A DNA stretch of 64,000 nt from an uncultured Chloroflexia bacterium (GCA_963748625.1 CAVVJT010000010.1:256001-320000), one strand, 5' to 3'; shown: positions 9,963 through 19,826, counted from the first letter of the stretch. A program made the numbers and translations. The notes: generated by a model from the letters alone, not told the origin.

Positions 9963-10114
9963 CCTCTCGCCCAGCGGGCGCTACGTGCGGAATTCCGCAC
10001 GTTCTAGCCGGCCGGCGGGAGGTTCGGCCAGGAAACGGGCGGACGCGGCCGGTTCTGCCCGCTAAACGGTCGGACTGCGCGGGATCCTGCACACAGGGCC
10101 CGCTGGGCGGGAGG
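9963..10114. repeat. 152-bp palindromic element, copy 1 (direct repeat with 14863-15014)
   Basis: Arms CCTCTCGCCCAGCGGGC / GCCCGCTGGGCGGGAGG; core GCGGAATTCCGCACGTT...ATCCTGCAC is shared with copy 2. Confidence 0.7.
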
Positions 10115-10236
10115 AGGAGCGCCACGCCTGGCGCGGGGAGGAGGCGCCGGACGTGCCGACGCCCGGCGCATTGGCCGGGCGTCGGGTGACAGGTCGACGG
10201 CGCCAACCCTCTCGGGTGGCACCGGCCACGAGTGGT

Positions 10237-11232
10237 CTAGAAGACCCGGTAGGCGATCTCCGCCGGGGCCAGGAGGAGCTCCTTGATCTCCTCGTCGACC
10301 TTCAGCAGCGAGATGTGGGCGCCCGCCATCTCAAGCGAGGTGCAGTACTCGCCGACATAGCTGCGGAACACGGTGATGCCCTTGGCCGCGAGCTCCTTGT
10401 GCGCCCGCCCGTAGAGCAGGTACAGCTCGCTGATCGGGGTCCCGCCGAGGCCGTTGACCATCAGCGCGACCTCGTCGCCGGACTCGAACGGGAGGTCGGG
10501 GACGATCGCGTCGAGCAGCAGGTCCACGATCTCGTTCGCCGACATGATCTTCGTGCGCTGGCGGCCCGGCTCGCCGTGGATGCCGATGCCGACCTCCATC
10601 TCGTCGTCCGCGATCTCGAACAGCGGCGTGCCGCGCTTGGGCGGGGTGCAGCTGGACAGGGCAACGCCCATGGTCCGGACGTTGGCGATGACCTTCTCGC
10701 CGACGCGGACGCACTCCTCCAGTGAGCCGCCCTTGTCCGCCATCGCGGCCGCGGCCTTGATGACGAAGAAGTTGCCGGCGACGCCGCGACGCCCGACGGT
10801 CCACGTGGAGTCCTTCACGGCCACGTCGTCGTTGACGAGCAGGTAGCCGATCCTCTGGCCCTCCATCTCCTGGATCTCTTTCGCCATCTCCCACGCGGTG
10901 CGATCGCCCGTGTAGTTGTTGACGATGTAGAGGACGCCCGCGGGGGTGTCCATGAGCTTGGAGGTCTCGGTCACGAACTCCACGGGCGGACCCGCGAAGA
11001 CGTCGCCGGGGCACGCGGCATCGAGCATGCCGGGACCCACGATCATGGTGTGCGCCGGCTCATGGCCGGACCCGGAGCCCTGGATGATCGAGACGCGGTC
11101 GGCCTTGGGCATGTCCGCGCGGTAGATCAGGTTGTACTTGGGCTCGTACTTGAGCGTGCCACCGCTCGCCAGCGTGACGCCCTCGAGGAACTCGGGGACG
11201 AACTGGCCGGGATCATTGACGAACATCTTCAC
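10237..11232 (-). CDS. dhaK: Dihydroxyacetone kinase subunit DhaK
   Basis: GTG start MKMFVNDP; GSGSGHEPAH, NYTGD, GRRGVAG, GIGIHGEPG, NGLGGTP, TSLEMAG. Confidence 0.93.
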   Translation of the reverse strand: MKMFVNDPGQFVPEFLEGVTLASGGTLKYEPKYNLIYRADMPKADRVSIIQGSGSGHEPAHTMIVGPGMLDAACPGDVFAGPPVEFVTETSKLMDTPAGVLYIVNNYTGDRTAWEMAKEIQEMEGQRIGYLLVNDDVAVKDSTWTVGRRGVAGNFFVIKAAAAMADKGGSLEECVRVGEKVIANVRTMGVALSSCTPPKRGTPLFEIADDEMEVGIGIHGEPGRQRTKIMSANEIVDLLLDAIVPDLPFESGDEVALMVNGLGGTPISELYLLYGRAHKELAAKGITVFRSYVGEYCTSLEMAGAHISLLKVDEEIKELLLAPAEIAYRVF

Positions 11233-11251
11233 CAGTGCAGCTCCCTTTCGT

Positions 11252-11911
11252 TTACGCCGTTGCGTACTGCTCCCGCCAGGCCGCCGCGATGGCCTGCAGG
11301 ATGACTCCGATGGCGGTGGCGCCGGCGTCCACCGAATCCCGGCTCCTGTCGCCCGTGTACGCGGCCCGGCCGCGCAGCGCGAGCATGCCCTTGGTGTCCT
11401 CCGCCGCCTTGACCGCGACGTCGGCCGCCAGCTGGATCGCCGCCACGCCGTGGTCGGAGGCCGTGGCCGGGTCGGCGAGGCTCGCCTCCAGGCTGTCGGT
11501 CGCCGGCGCGAGCGCGTCGAGCAGGGTCTTGTCGCCGAGCGAGGCACCGCCGCGGGCCATGATCCCCGCGATGGCGGCCCGCAGGCACTCGATGAGCAGC
11601 TCGGGCGTGAGGTCCTTGTCGCCGGCGGTTGCGGCGGCCCGCAGGAACGCGGTGCCCCACATCGGACCACTCACGCCGCCGACCTTGGCGGCCAGCGTCA
11701 TGCCGATCTTCTTGAACACGACTCCGGCGTTCGGGCGGTCCCAGCTGTCATAGTCCGCCAGGACGACCTCCCAGCCGCTCTTGAGCGAGAACCCGAAGTC
11801 ACCGTCGCCGGCGATCGAGTCGAGTTGGGCGAAGTACTCGGTGTTCTCGACAATCGTCGCGGCCATCGTCTTGATGACCAGGTCCAGGTCTTCGAGGGAT
11901 GAGCGTGCCAT
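11252..11911 (-). CDS. dhaL: Dihydroxyacetone kinase ADP-binding subunit DhaL
   Basis: LDSIAGDGDFG, GGVSGPMWG, GDKTLLDAL, GRAAYTG...DAGA. Confidence 0.93.
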   Translation of the reverse strand: MARSSLEDLDLVIKTMAATIVENTEYFAQLDSIAGDGDFGFSLKSGWEVVLADYDSWDRPNAGVVFKKIGMTLAAKVGGVSGPMWGTAFLRAAATAGDKDLTPELLIECLRAAIAGIMARGGASLGDKTLLDALAPATDSLEASLADPATASDHGVAAIQLAADVAVKAAEDTKGMLALRGRAAYTGDRSRDSVDAGATAIGVILQAIAAAWREQYATA

Positions 11912-11953
11912 CCCCGCCTCCTCTCGAGGGAAGTTCCCTCCTGCCGCGGGCGG

Positions 11954-12748
11954 CTACGAGGCCAGCGTGGCCTCGAGATCCGCAAGCGTGATGAAGTCGC
12001 CCGGCGTGGCTGTTCCGCGGTTCGCAATGACGCGAGCCCGCTCGCCGTCCGGGTCTCCCAGGGACGTCACAACCAGCGTCGCCTCGCTGTTGTCCTCCTC
12101 TTCCGTGTAGCCATTGACGGTCATCAGGCAGCGGAGCCCGGCACCGGTGGCGGCGAGCAGGCCGTTGCGGGAGTCCTCGACCACGAGCACCTCGGACGTG
12201 GAGGCGCCGAGCCGCTCGAGCGCGAGGAGGTAGATGGCGGGATCGGGCTTCTTCTTCGGCACGACATCGCCCGCGAGGAACACGTCGAACCGGCCGGCGC
12301 GCTCTTTGCCGACGGCGAACTCGAGAATCGCCCGGACGGACGCCTCGGCGGAGGTCGACGCGATGCCGAGCTGCCAGCCGGCGTCCTGGGCGTCGGAGAT
12401 GATCCGGCGGATGCCGGGCCGTGGCGGCAGCTTCCCATCGGCGACCATCTCGGTGTAGAGCGCGGTCTTGCGCTTGTGCCACTTGGCGACCTCGGCCGCC
12501 AGGGCCTCAGGGTCGTCGGGGAGGCCGGCCGCGCGGATGGTCTCGGGCGTCAGCATCGACGCCATCCGCTCCTTGCCGCCACCGATGGCGAGCTTGCGGC
12601 CGTACTCCTCCTCGGTCCAGCGCCAGGGCAGCCCGAACTCCTCGAACGTCTGGTTGAACGACGGCAGGTGCCCGTACCGCTCGGTGTCCGCGAGGACGCC
12701 ATCACAGTCGAAGACGAGGGCGGGCATCGGACTACCAGGCCTTGCCAA
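11954..12748 (-). CDS. HAD-superfamily hydrolase, CbbY-like
   Basis: FDCDGVLADTERYGH, IGGGKERM, KKPDPAIY, VEDSRNGL; the start may be at 12727. Confidence 0.88.
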   Translation of the reverse strand: MARPGSPMPALVFDCDGVLADTERYGHLPSFNQTFEEFGLPWRWTEEEYGRKLAIGGGKERMASMLTPETIRAAGLPDDPEALAAEVAKWHKRKTALYTEMVADGKLPPRPGIRRIISDAQDAGWQLGIASTSAEASVRAILEFAVGKERAGRFDVFLAGDVVPKKKPDPAIYLLALERLGASTSEVLVVEDSRNGLLAATGAGLRCLMTVNGYTEEEDNSEATLVVTSLGDPDGERARVIANRGTATPGDFITLADLEATLAS

Positions 12749-13583
12749 CGCTGCCGAACATCCGGATGTGGTCCTCGGCCATCGCCTTGACGGCGGCGCG
12801 CTGGACCTTCATCTGGCTCGGCGGGTCGTACTTGCCCGGGTTCTCGCTCAGGAAGTCGTAACCCGACTTCATGAACGCGACCTTGAGCGCGGTCGAGATG
12901 TTGACCTTCGCACAGCCGCGTGCGATGAGATCGGCGAACTGGTCGGCCGACATGCCCGTGCCCCCGTGCAGGGCGACCGGGATGCCGGTGGCCTCCACGA
13001 TGTCGGTGACGCGGTGGTTGTCGAGCGTCGGCGTGGTCTTGTAGGTTCCGTGGGCGTTGCCGATGGCGGGCGCGAAGATGTCCACGCCCGTCGCCTTGAC
13101 GAAGTCGACCACGGTCTGCAACGACTGGACGTGCTGCGCCTCGTCGCCGGTCATCTCCTCGGTGCGCTTGAAGCCCTCGATCTCGCCTTCCACGAGGGCG
13201 CCGTAGCGGCGGGCCTCGGCGACGACCTCGATGCACTGGGCCTGGTTCTCCTCCACGGAGAGCTTCGATGCGTCGAACAGGACGGAGTTCCAGCCGGCGT
13301 CGAGGCAGCGGCTGATCAGCATGCGGTCCGGGCAGTGGTCGAGGTGGAGGGCGACGGGCACGGTGATGTGCTTCGTCATCGAGGCCCACATCGCGTACAT
13401 CGTGTCCACGCCCGTCAGCTCGACGTGCTTGGGCGATGTCTGGACGATGAGCGGCGCGCGCAGCTCCTCGGCGGCGGCGAGGACCGCCTCCATGGTGAGG
13501 TCGTTGATGACATTGATGGCCGCGACCCCGTAGCGTTCCGCGAACGCGCGCGTGAGGATCTCCTGGGTCGGGACTACCGGCAC
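12732..13583 (-). CDS. fba: Class II fructose/tagatose-bisphosphate aldolase
   Basis: ALHLDHC, LFDAS, VEGEI, IGNAHG, ALHGGTG, KVNIST. Confidence 0.9.
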   Translation of the reverse strand: MPVVPTQEILTRAFAERYGVAAINVINDLTMEAVLAAAEELRAPLIVQTSPKHVELTGVDTMYAMWASMTKHITVPVALHLDHCPDRMLISRCLDAGWNSVLFDASKLSVEENQAQCIEVVAEARRYGALVEGEIEGFKRTEEMTGDEAQHVQSLQTVVDFVKATGVDIFAPAIGNAHGTYKTTPTLDNHRVTDIVEATGIPVALHGGTGMSADQFADLIARGCAKVNISTALKVAFMKSGYDFLSENPGKYDPPSQMKVQRAAVKAMAEDHIRMFGSVGKAW

Positions 13584-13584
13584 G

Positions 13585-14577
13585 TCATACCTCCGATCCG
13601 GGACGCATAGGAATGGCGGTCGCCTCCTCTGCGAGGAAGCGCGCGTTGCCCTCGTCGACCACCAGCACGTCTACGGCCCCGGTCCGCAGCACGCCCAGGA
13701 TCGCCCTCGGCTTCTCGGCCCCGCTGGCGACCACGACGACGGTGTCGATTGCATGGAGCTCGTCAAGCCCGAGGCTCACAAGGCGGCCGGTCTCCGGGGA
13801 GTCCACGTTCCGGCCGGATTCGTCGACGTAGTGGCCGAGCACGTCCCCCACGGCCCCCTCGCTCCGCAGGCGCCGGATCTCCTCCACGGAGAAGCAGCCC
13901 GAGCGGACCATCGTGGCGCCGTCGTCCGTGCCACCCACGCCGACGAGTGCGACGTCTGCGGCGGCGGCCAGCCGCAGCGTGTCAGCGATCGCCTGCTGGC
14001 GCAGCAACTGGTCGCGCATCGCCTCGCTCTCGACGAAGGCGGGCGCATAGAGCTCCACGGCCTGCCCGCCGCAGCGGTCGGCGAGGCGTCGGGCGATCTC
14101 GTTGGGGTTCGTGGGCGAGTCGGCTCGCGGCGAGCTGCCCATGGCGCTCACGAACCGGGCCCGGATGTGCCGTCGGGGGCCGAAGAAGCGTGCGACCTCC
14201 GCGGTGTCCCGCCCGTGGCTCACCGCGACCACGACGCCGTCATCGAGCCTCCGCCCCAGCCAGGCGCCGGCGGCCTGGGCGACCACCTCGCGCTGTGCCT
14301 GGGGGTCCGGCCGCTCGGGCGCGACGATCACCTCGGCCAGGCCGTAGGCCTCGCGGATCTTCTGCTCCAGGTCCACGTGCAGCCACGGCGGGGTGGAGAT
14401 CCGGATGTCCACGACCCCCACAGCCCGGGCCCGATCCAGCAGCCGCTGGACCTTGGGGCGCGACAGGCCGAACTGGCGTGCCAGCAACTGCTGCGTCAGG
14501 CCGTCCTCGTAGTAGCCGATGGAGAGGCGGGCCAAGAGCTCGTACTCGTCGCGATCCAGGTCGTCCAGCGAGGGCAT
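13585..14577 (-). CDS. SorC/DeoR-family sugar-binding transcriptional regulator
   Basis: YYEDGLTQQLLARQFGLSRPKVQRLL HTH; GAVGDVLG; LVVDE; GGAGAG RBS before ATG 14577. Confidence 0.9.
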   Translation of the reverse strand: MPSLDDLDRDEYELLARLSIGYYEDGLTQQLLARQFGLSRPKVQRLLDRARAVGVVDIRISTPPWLHVDLEQKIREAYGLAEVIVAPERPDPQAQREVVAQAAGAWLGRRLDDGVVVAVSHGRDTAEVARFFGPRRHIRARFVSAMGSSPRADSPTNPNEIARRLADRCGGQAVELYAPAFVESEAMRDQLLRQQAIADTLRLAAAADVALVGVGGTDDGATMVRSGCFSVEEIRRLRSEGAVGDVLGHYVDESGRNVDSPETGRLVSLGLDELHAIDTVVVVASGAEKPRAILGVLRTGAVDVLVVDEGNARFLAEEATAIPMRPGSEV

Positions 14578-14667
14578 CGGGCCGTGGCTCTCCAAGGACT
14601 GTGAGCAAATGCCCACCGATGAGCAGGTGTGCACCGCGAATGATGCGCCGTCTCGGGAGGACCTGCA

Positions 14668-14823
14668 AGCGGGTACGTGGCGCGCTCGAGCGGGTACGTG
14701 GCGCGCTCGAGCGGGTACGTGGCGCGCTCGAGCGGGTACGTGGCGCGCTCGAGCGGGTACGTGGCGCGCTCGAGCGGGTACGTGGCGCGCTCGAGCGGGT
14801 ACGTGGCGCGCTCGAGCGGGTAC
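14668..14823. repeat. Perfect 21-bp tandem repeat, ~7.4 copies (AGCGGGTACGTGGCGCGCTCG)
   Basis: Counted directly; no spacers between units. Confidence 0.95.
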
Positions 14824-14862
14824 CGGCCGCCTCGGGACCGGCCGCCTCGAGTCCGTTGCCCT

Positions 14863-15014
14863 CCTCCCGCCCGGCGGGCCTTGCGCGCGGAAGTCCGCAC
14901 GTTTGTGCCGCCTGGCGGGAGGCTCGGCCCGAAAACCGGCGAACGGGGCCCGTCCCGCCCGCTCGGCGGCTGGGCTGCGCAGAATCCTGCACGCAGTGCC
15001 CGCTGGGCGAGAGG
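14863..15014. repeat. 152-bp palindromic element, copy 2
   Basis: Arms CCTCCCGCCCGGCGGGC / GCCCGCTGGGCGAGAGG; same length and core as 9963-10114; followed by two copies of a 21-bp repeat at ~15048-15090. Confidence 0.7.
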
Positions 15015-15169
15015 CGGCCGCGGCAACTGGCGGGTAGTCGGCTTGGCAGGGCCGGTCCTCGTCCGGGCAGGGCCGGTCCTCGTCCGGGCACCGCCGGGCT
15101 GGTGGCGCCGACCACGGTCCGGGCACCGCCGAGCGTGCACCAGGCCCTGCTCACCCTAGACTGCGTGTC

Positions 15170-16021
15170 ATGACCATCATCACCGCAGACGCACTGCGCG
15201 ACCTGCTCGACGACCCCCGCCTCCGCCTCTTCGACGTCCGCTGGTGGCTGACTGATCTCCCCCGCGGCCGGCGTGACTACGAAGCCGGCCACGTCCCGGG
15301 CGCCCGCTGGGTGGACCTGGATACGGTCCTCACCGCGCCCAACGGACCGGGTCGGCACCCGCTCCCCTCCCCGACCACGTTTGCGGCCTCGATGCGGGCG
15401 CTCGGGATCACGGACGAGGCGCTCGTCGTGGTCTACGACGACGCGGGCGGCACGATCGCCGCGCGCTTGTGGTGGATGCTCGACAACCTCGGGCACCGCG
15501 ATGTGCGGGTGCTCGACGGCGGGTTCCCGGCCTGGGTGGCGGCCGGCGGCCCGGTGAGCACCGACGAGCCCACCCCCAACCCGGCAGGACCCGGGACGCT
15601 CAGCCTCGCCCCGGCGTGGTCACGGGTGGTGGACCTCGCGTGGATGGTGGACCACCTGGGCACGGACGGCGTCACCGTCATCGACGCCCGCGCACCGGAG
15701 CGGTACCGGGGCGCCATCGAACCCGTCGACTCCAAGCCCGGGCACATCCCCACGGCCCTGAGCCGGCCGACCTCTGGGACTCTGCAGGCAGATGGCACGC
15801 TGCTGCCGCCCACCGTGCTCCGGGAGCGCTTCGAGAGCCTGGGCGACACGGTGATCACCAGCTGCGGCTCCGGCGTCACGGCGTGCCACAACGCGCTCGT
15901 GATACGAGTGCTCGGCCTGCCCGACCCCCTGCTGTACGAGGGCTCCTACAGCGACTGGTCGGGCAGCGGGATGCCGGTGGCGACGGGCGACGCGCCGGGC
16001 GCCTGGCCGGACACGCACTGA
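15170..16021 (+). CDS. Two-domain rhodanese / 3-mercaptopyruvate sulfurtransferase (SseA-like)
   Basis: GHVPGA, GRHPLP, AARLWW, SCGSGVTA catalytic loop, YEGSYSDW. Confidence 0.92.
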   Translation: MTIITADALRDLLDDPRLRLFDVRWWLTDLPRGRRDYEAGHVPGARWVDLDTVLTAPNGPGRHPLPSPTTFAASMRALGITDEALVVVYDDAGGTIAARLWWMLDNLGHRDVRVLDGGFPAWVAAGGPVSTDEPTPNPAGPGTLSLAPAWSRVVDLAWMVDHLGTDGVTVIDARAPERYRGAIEPVDSKPGHIPTALSRPTSGTLQADGTLLPPTVLRERFESLGDTVITSCGSGVTACHNALVIRVLGLPDPLLYEGSYSDWSGSGMPVATGDAPGAWPDTH

Positions 16022-16100
16022 CCGCGGGTCCCTGGCGTCGGCGCCTGCGCCGTCGGCTTACGCGGGCGCGGGCTCTGCCGTCGGCCTGCGCGGGCGCGGC

Positions 16101-16421
16101 CTATGCCGTCGCGGACCGCCCAGCCCGGGCACGCACCACGAGGGCCTGCGCGCCGGCGGCGAGGAGGGCCGCCGCGAACCCGATCGCGAGGTCGCCGATG
16201 AGGGCCACCTGGAACCCGAACAACTCGATCTCGGGCCCCACGACCAACCCGAGCTTGTGGCCGATCACGTAGAAGACACCGAAGGCTGCCCCGAACGGCA
16301 GCAGGTACGCGGCCCATGTGCGCGGACCGCCCGTCCGCGCCACGAGGCGCACGGCGATCACGGCCAGCAGGACGGAGAAGGCCAGGAACATGAACAGGAT
16401 GGCAAATGCTTGCGGCGGCAT
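16101..16421 (-). CDS. Small membrane protein
   Basis: Three hydrophobic segments; TACGAT box 6 nt upstream of the ATG. Confidence 0.7.
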   Translation of the reverse strand: MPPQAFAILFMFLAFSVLLAVIAVRLVARTGGPRTWAAYLLPFGAAFGVFYVIGHKLGLVVGPEIELFGFQVALIGDLAIGFAAALLAAGAQALVVRARAGRSATA

Positions 16422-16579
16422 GTCGGGATCGTACCGGGAGCAGCCGATCCAGGCGCCGAGGAGCTCGTGTCCCGATCACGGTTCGCCCGCGGGTTGCGGA
16501 CGGCCCCACGGGACGTCCTCGGCCGCGTCCTCGCCGCCCCGTGGGCGGACACGCCTCCATCACCCCAACCCACGCCTCC

Positions 16580-16882
16580 ATCCCCCAGCCATGGGGCGAA
16601 ACGGGCCGGGGCCCACAGGGATCAACCCACGGATCGACAGTCTGGGCGTCCAGCCCAGCGTGGAGCCCCTCGTTCGCCCCATACCTGGGGCGCCGCCGGG
16701 GCCGGCAGGGGCGCCGCCAGGGCGCGGCAGTGGCGCGACCGGGCGCCGCCGGGCGCCACCGGGGCGACTCCGGAGCGCTGCCGGGCGCACCGAACGCCAC
16801 CGGGGCGCCGCCGGGCGCCACCGGGCGGCGTACCACCGCCGCGGAAAGGCATCCACCAGGCATTGGCGGGACGAGGTGCTAG
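16580..16882. repeat. Intergenic palindrome, GGGCGCC(A/G)CC repeats and a MITE-like terminal sequence
   Basis: Arms CCCCAGCCATGGGGCGAAACG...CGTTCGCCCCATACCTGGGG. The end ATCCACCAGGCATTGGCGGGACGAGGTGCTAG resembles 53121-53152. Confidence 0.5.
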
Positions 16883-19137
16883 GACCGACCGCGCACCTTC
16901 GCCGAGGCAACGCTCTTGAGGCCCGCCCCGTCCACTGCCTTCACGTAGTAGTAGGCTCCGCGCCGGGTGACAATCCTGATCCGCGATCTCGTCGTGCTGG
17001 CGACGGGCCTCGAGCGGCCCACGCGGTAGATCAGGTACTTCACGACACGGACGTTGTCCGACGACGCTGCCCAGTCGAAGCTCACGCGCCTCCCGGACCG
17101 TGACACCCTGTGGAAGTGGCGCGGCCTGGTCGGCGCGGCCTGGTCGGCGGGCGTCCGGATCTCGACCGGCACCGCCGCCCCGACATTGCCGGCCACGTCG
17201 CGCGCCGCGACCGTATAGGCGTACGAGGTCGCCGGCATCCGGCCGGGATCACTCACGGAGAGACCGCTCGTCGAGGCGATGAGCACGCCGTTGCGCGTGA
17301 CGTCGTAGCCGGTCACCCCGACGTCGTCCACCGCCTCATCCCACGAGAGCCTGACGCTGGTGACGGTGGCGCTTCCGAAGACGTTCCCGGGCGCACTCGG
17401 GGCGACGACATCCCCCTCGCCACCGGAGCCGGGGTCAGGGCTCGGGGCGGGTGACGCGCTGGGATCCGGAGTCGGGGCCTGCCCAGGCGTCACCACCGTG
17501 ATCGAGGCAGCGGGCCCCAGGTTGCCCGACGTGTCCTTCGCGGTGACCGTGTACGTGTAGCTGGTGCCCTCCGCCACGCTGCCGTCGAGGTAGCCGGTGG
17601 CGCCACGGTCCAGCGATGCGATCTGGGCCCCGTTGCGGTTGACGAGGTACGTGTCGATCGCGGTGTTGTCGGTGGCGGCGCTCCAGGTGAGCTGGACGCC
17701 CGAGCTGCCGCTCATGCCGGCCGCCAGGTTGCCGGGTGCCGTGGGGGCGATGCCCTCGCGAACGCGCACCGACACCCCGGCCGACGCCACCGACAGGACG
17801 GAGAACGAGATCGATGAGACGGGGTCGGTCATCGTGCGACCCACGACGAGCGCCGCATCGGCCAGGCCGGAGCTGCTCGTCGGGGTGGCATCAAGGAGCC
17901 GGCTCTGGCGGGGATCCGTCCCGGTGGCGGTGACCAGCGCGATCCGGATCGACACGCCCACGGTGACCGGGGAGCCGGCGCTGTACGTGTCGAAGGTGCC
18001 GTACGGCGTGCGGATGTCGAGATCGAAGTAGGTGCCGTCCCCGCGGGGCACGCGCACCAGCTTCACGCCCGACGGGCCGAAGTACGGAGCGATGGTGTAC
18101 GTGTTGCCCGGCGCCCCCACGACCTTCTCCGCATCGGCGAGCAGGCCCATGTCCACGAGACCCATCCCGTGGTTGTGGCGCAGCGCGTTGTTGCCCATCG
18201 TGCTGAACGGGTCGGCGTAGTAGTCCACCTCGCAGTTGGAGGGGCTGGCGATCATGACGGGCGCGCTGCCGCTCACGCAGCGCAGGCCGTTCGCATGGCC
18301 CAGGCCGAAGTTGTGGCCCAGCTCGTGGGTGAGGACCTGGACGCTGTCGGTGCCGTTGATGTACGACCACGTGCCGCCCACGTAGGCGACCCCGGCGAAC
18401 CCGCAGTCGCTGAGGCCCGGCCACATGAACATGATGTTGGTGTAGGCGCTGAGGTTCACCCCGGCGGCCGTCGCCTTCGCGGTGGCCTGGTCGTGATAGG
18501 TCGTGCGCCACTTGGTCGAGCAGCTCGTGGACGTGGCGTCGATCGTGTACCAGCCGAAGACGTCGGCGTCGAACGTGAGCCCGCCCTTCGCCTCCTCCTC
18601 GAAGAAGTCCTTCACGCTTGCCGTGCCCGTCTCCACCTGCTCGAGGATCCGGGCCTTGGTCCACGGCTGCGTCTTGAGGTCGCTGAAGTTGACGAGCACC
18701 ACGGCGAGCTTGCGGGTGGCGCCCACGCTCAGCGTGCTGAGATCCCCCGCGCCGCCGTCGAGGGTGGTCCCGTCGCTGGTCTCCGCCGCCCAGGCACCCT
18801 TCGAGGTCGCCTTGTCGAGGATACGGATGCCCTGGCCGCGCCCGGTGCCCGCGACACGGAGGAAACCGTTCACGCGCGTCCCGGTCAGCTCTACCCGCGA
18901 GCCTGCGAGATCGAGTGCGTCACCCCGCTCGAACTCCACCGGCGTGGTCCGTGCGCGGCTGCGCAGCGTATAGGCGTAGGTGTCCGTGCCCTCGACCTGC
19001 TCGAGCGTGTCGACGTAGGCGACCTCGAGGATCCCGGAGCGCTGCTCCTGCGCGACACCACCGGGTGCGGCTGCGCTCACGGGCGCCACGACGGCGGCCG
19101 CCAGGAGCATGCCGGCAAGGACCTGGAGGAGGCGCAT
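16879..19137 (-). CDS. Secreted metzincin metallopeptidase (M11/gametolysin-like) with three FN3 domains
   Basis: Signal peptide MRLLQVLAGMLL; HELGHNFGLGH zinc motif; Met-turn PFSTMG; three FN3 units (W.A..D.V.V..Y...Y.V.A.D..GN). Confidence 0.85.
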   Translation of the reverse strand: MRLLQVLAGMLLAAAVVAPVSAAAPGGVAQEQRSGILEVAYVDTLEQVEGTDTYAYTLRSRARTTPVEFERGDALDLAGSRVELTGTRVNGFLRVAGTGRGQGIRILDKATSKGAWAAETSDGTTLDGGAGDLSTLSVGATRKLAVVLVNFSDLKTQPWTKARILEQVETGTASVKDFFEEEAKGGLTFDADVFGWYTIDATSTSCSTKWRTTYHDQATAKATAAGVNLSAYTNIMFMWPGLSDCGFAGVAYVGGTWSYINGTDSVQVLTHELGHNFGLGHANGLRCVSGSAPVMIASPSNCEVDYYADPFSTMGNNALRHNHGMGLVDMGLLADAEKVVGAPGNTYTIAPYFGPSGVKLVRVPRGDGTYFDLDIRTPYGTFDTYSAGSPVTVGVSIRIALVTATGTDPRQSRLLDATPTSSSGLADAALVVGRTMTDPVSSISFSVLSVASAGVSVRVREGIAPTAPGNLAAGMSGSSGVQLTWSAATDNTAIDTYLVNRNGAQIASLDRGATGYLDGSVAEGTSYTYTVTAKDTSGNLGPAASITVVTPGQAPTPDPSASPAPSPDPGSGGEGDVVAPSAPGNVFGSATVTSVRLSWDEAVDDVGVTGYDVTRNGVLIASTSGLSVSDPGRMPATSYAYTVAARDVAGNVGAAVPVEIRTPADQAAPTRPRHFHRVSRSGRRVSFDWAASSDNVRVVKYLIYRVGRSRPVASTTRSRIRIVTRRGAYYYVKAVDGAGLKSVASAKVRGRS

Positions 19138-19363
19138 CTGTCTCCGCGCGACTGCTGACCAATGGACACAACGGTGTGCAGTCGAAGCGTCGGCGATACG
19201 CCTGCACGGGAACACGGGACGGCAGTGCCCCCACGCGGCAGCCGATGGTCCTACCGGGGCCTGTGCAATGCGGCGCACATGGTTGCGGCGCAGCCGATCC
19301 GGCTGCGCCGCGGTCTCCTGGCGGTCGGCGTCACCGCCGCCCGCATGATCGGTTCAGGCGGGT

Positions 19364-19774
19364 TCAGGCGCCCTGCTGCTCCCCACTCACGGCGTCCTTG
19401 GCGGACTCGGCGGCATCAGCGACGGTCTCGCTGGCGGCATCCGCGGCATCCGAAGCGGTCTCGGCGGCGGTGCCGGCGGCATCTGCGACGGTGTCGAGCG
19501 CGTCGTTGGCCGCGTCCACCGCGGCCTCACGGCGGCCCGCGGCCGCACTCTCGACACGTGCCTTGACGTCTGCGATCTGCGCGTCCATGCGGGACTGCAT
19601 CTCGGCGACGGCGCTCTCGACGCGCGAGCCGAGCTGGTCCAGGTCACGCTGTGACAGGTCGGAACGGACGCTCTCGTACGCCTGGCGCAGGTCCTTGCCG
19701 GACTGGCCCGCGTACACGACCGCTCCGATGGCCCCGATGACGACGCCCGACAGCAGGCCGACGACGAACTTCAT
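19364..19774 (-). CDS. YtxH-like small protein (N-terminal TM plus Ala/Asp-rich coiled region)
   Basis: MKFVVGLLSGVVIGAIGAVVYAGQSGKDLRQ; GGGGAGG RBS. Confidence 0.7.
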   Translation of the reverse strand: MKFVVGLLSGVVIGAIGAVVYAGQSGKDLRQAYESVRSDLSQRDLDQLGSRVESAVAEMQSRMDAQIADVKARVESAAAGRREAAVDAANDALDTVADAAGTAAETASDAADAASETVADAAESAKDAVSGEQQGA

Positions 19775-19826
19775 GACTGGTACCTCCCCGTTCGTGGACA
19801 GTGCGGACGCGCTTGGATGTCGCCAA

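Noticed and set aside
11233-11670. N-terminal extension of DhaK in the 477-aa ORF
   Set aside because: It overlaps dhaL in another frame. The real start is GTG 11232 with its own RBS.
14668-14823. 21-bp repeats as a CRISPR array
   Set aside because: The units are head-to-tail with no unique spacers, and there are no cas genes in the window.
14578-15126. N-terminal extension of the SorC regulator with ARHVPAR repeats
   Set aside because: It is read-through of the intergenic repeat. The RBS and family homology place the start at 14577.
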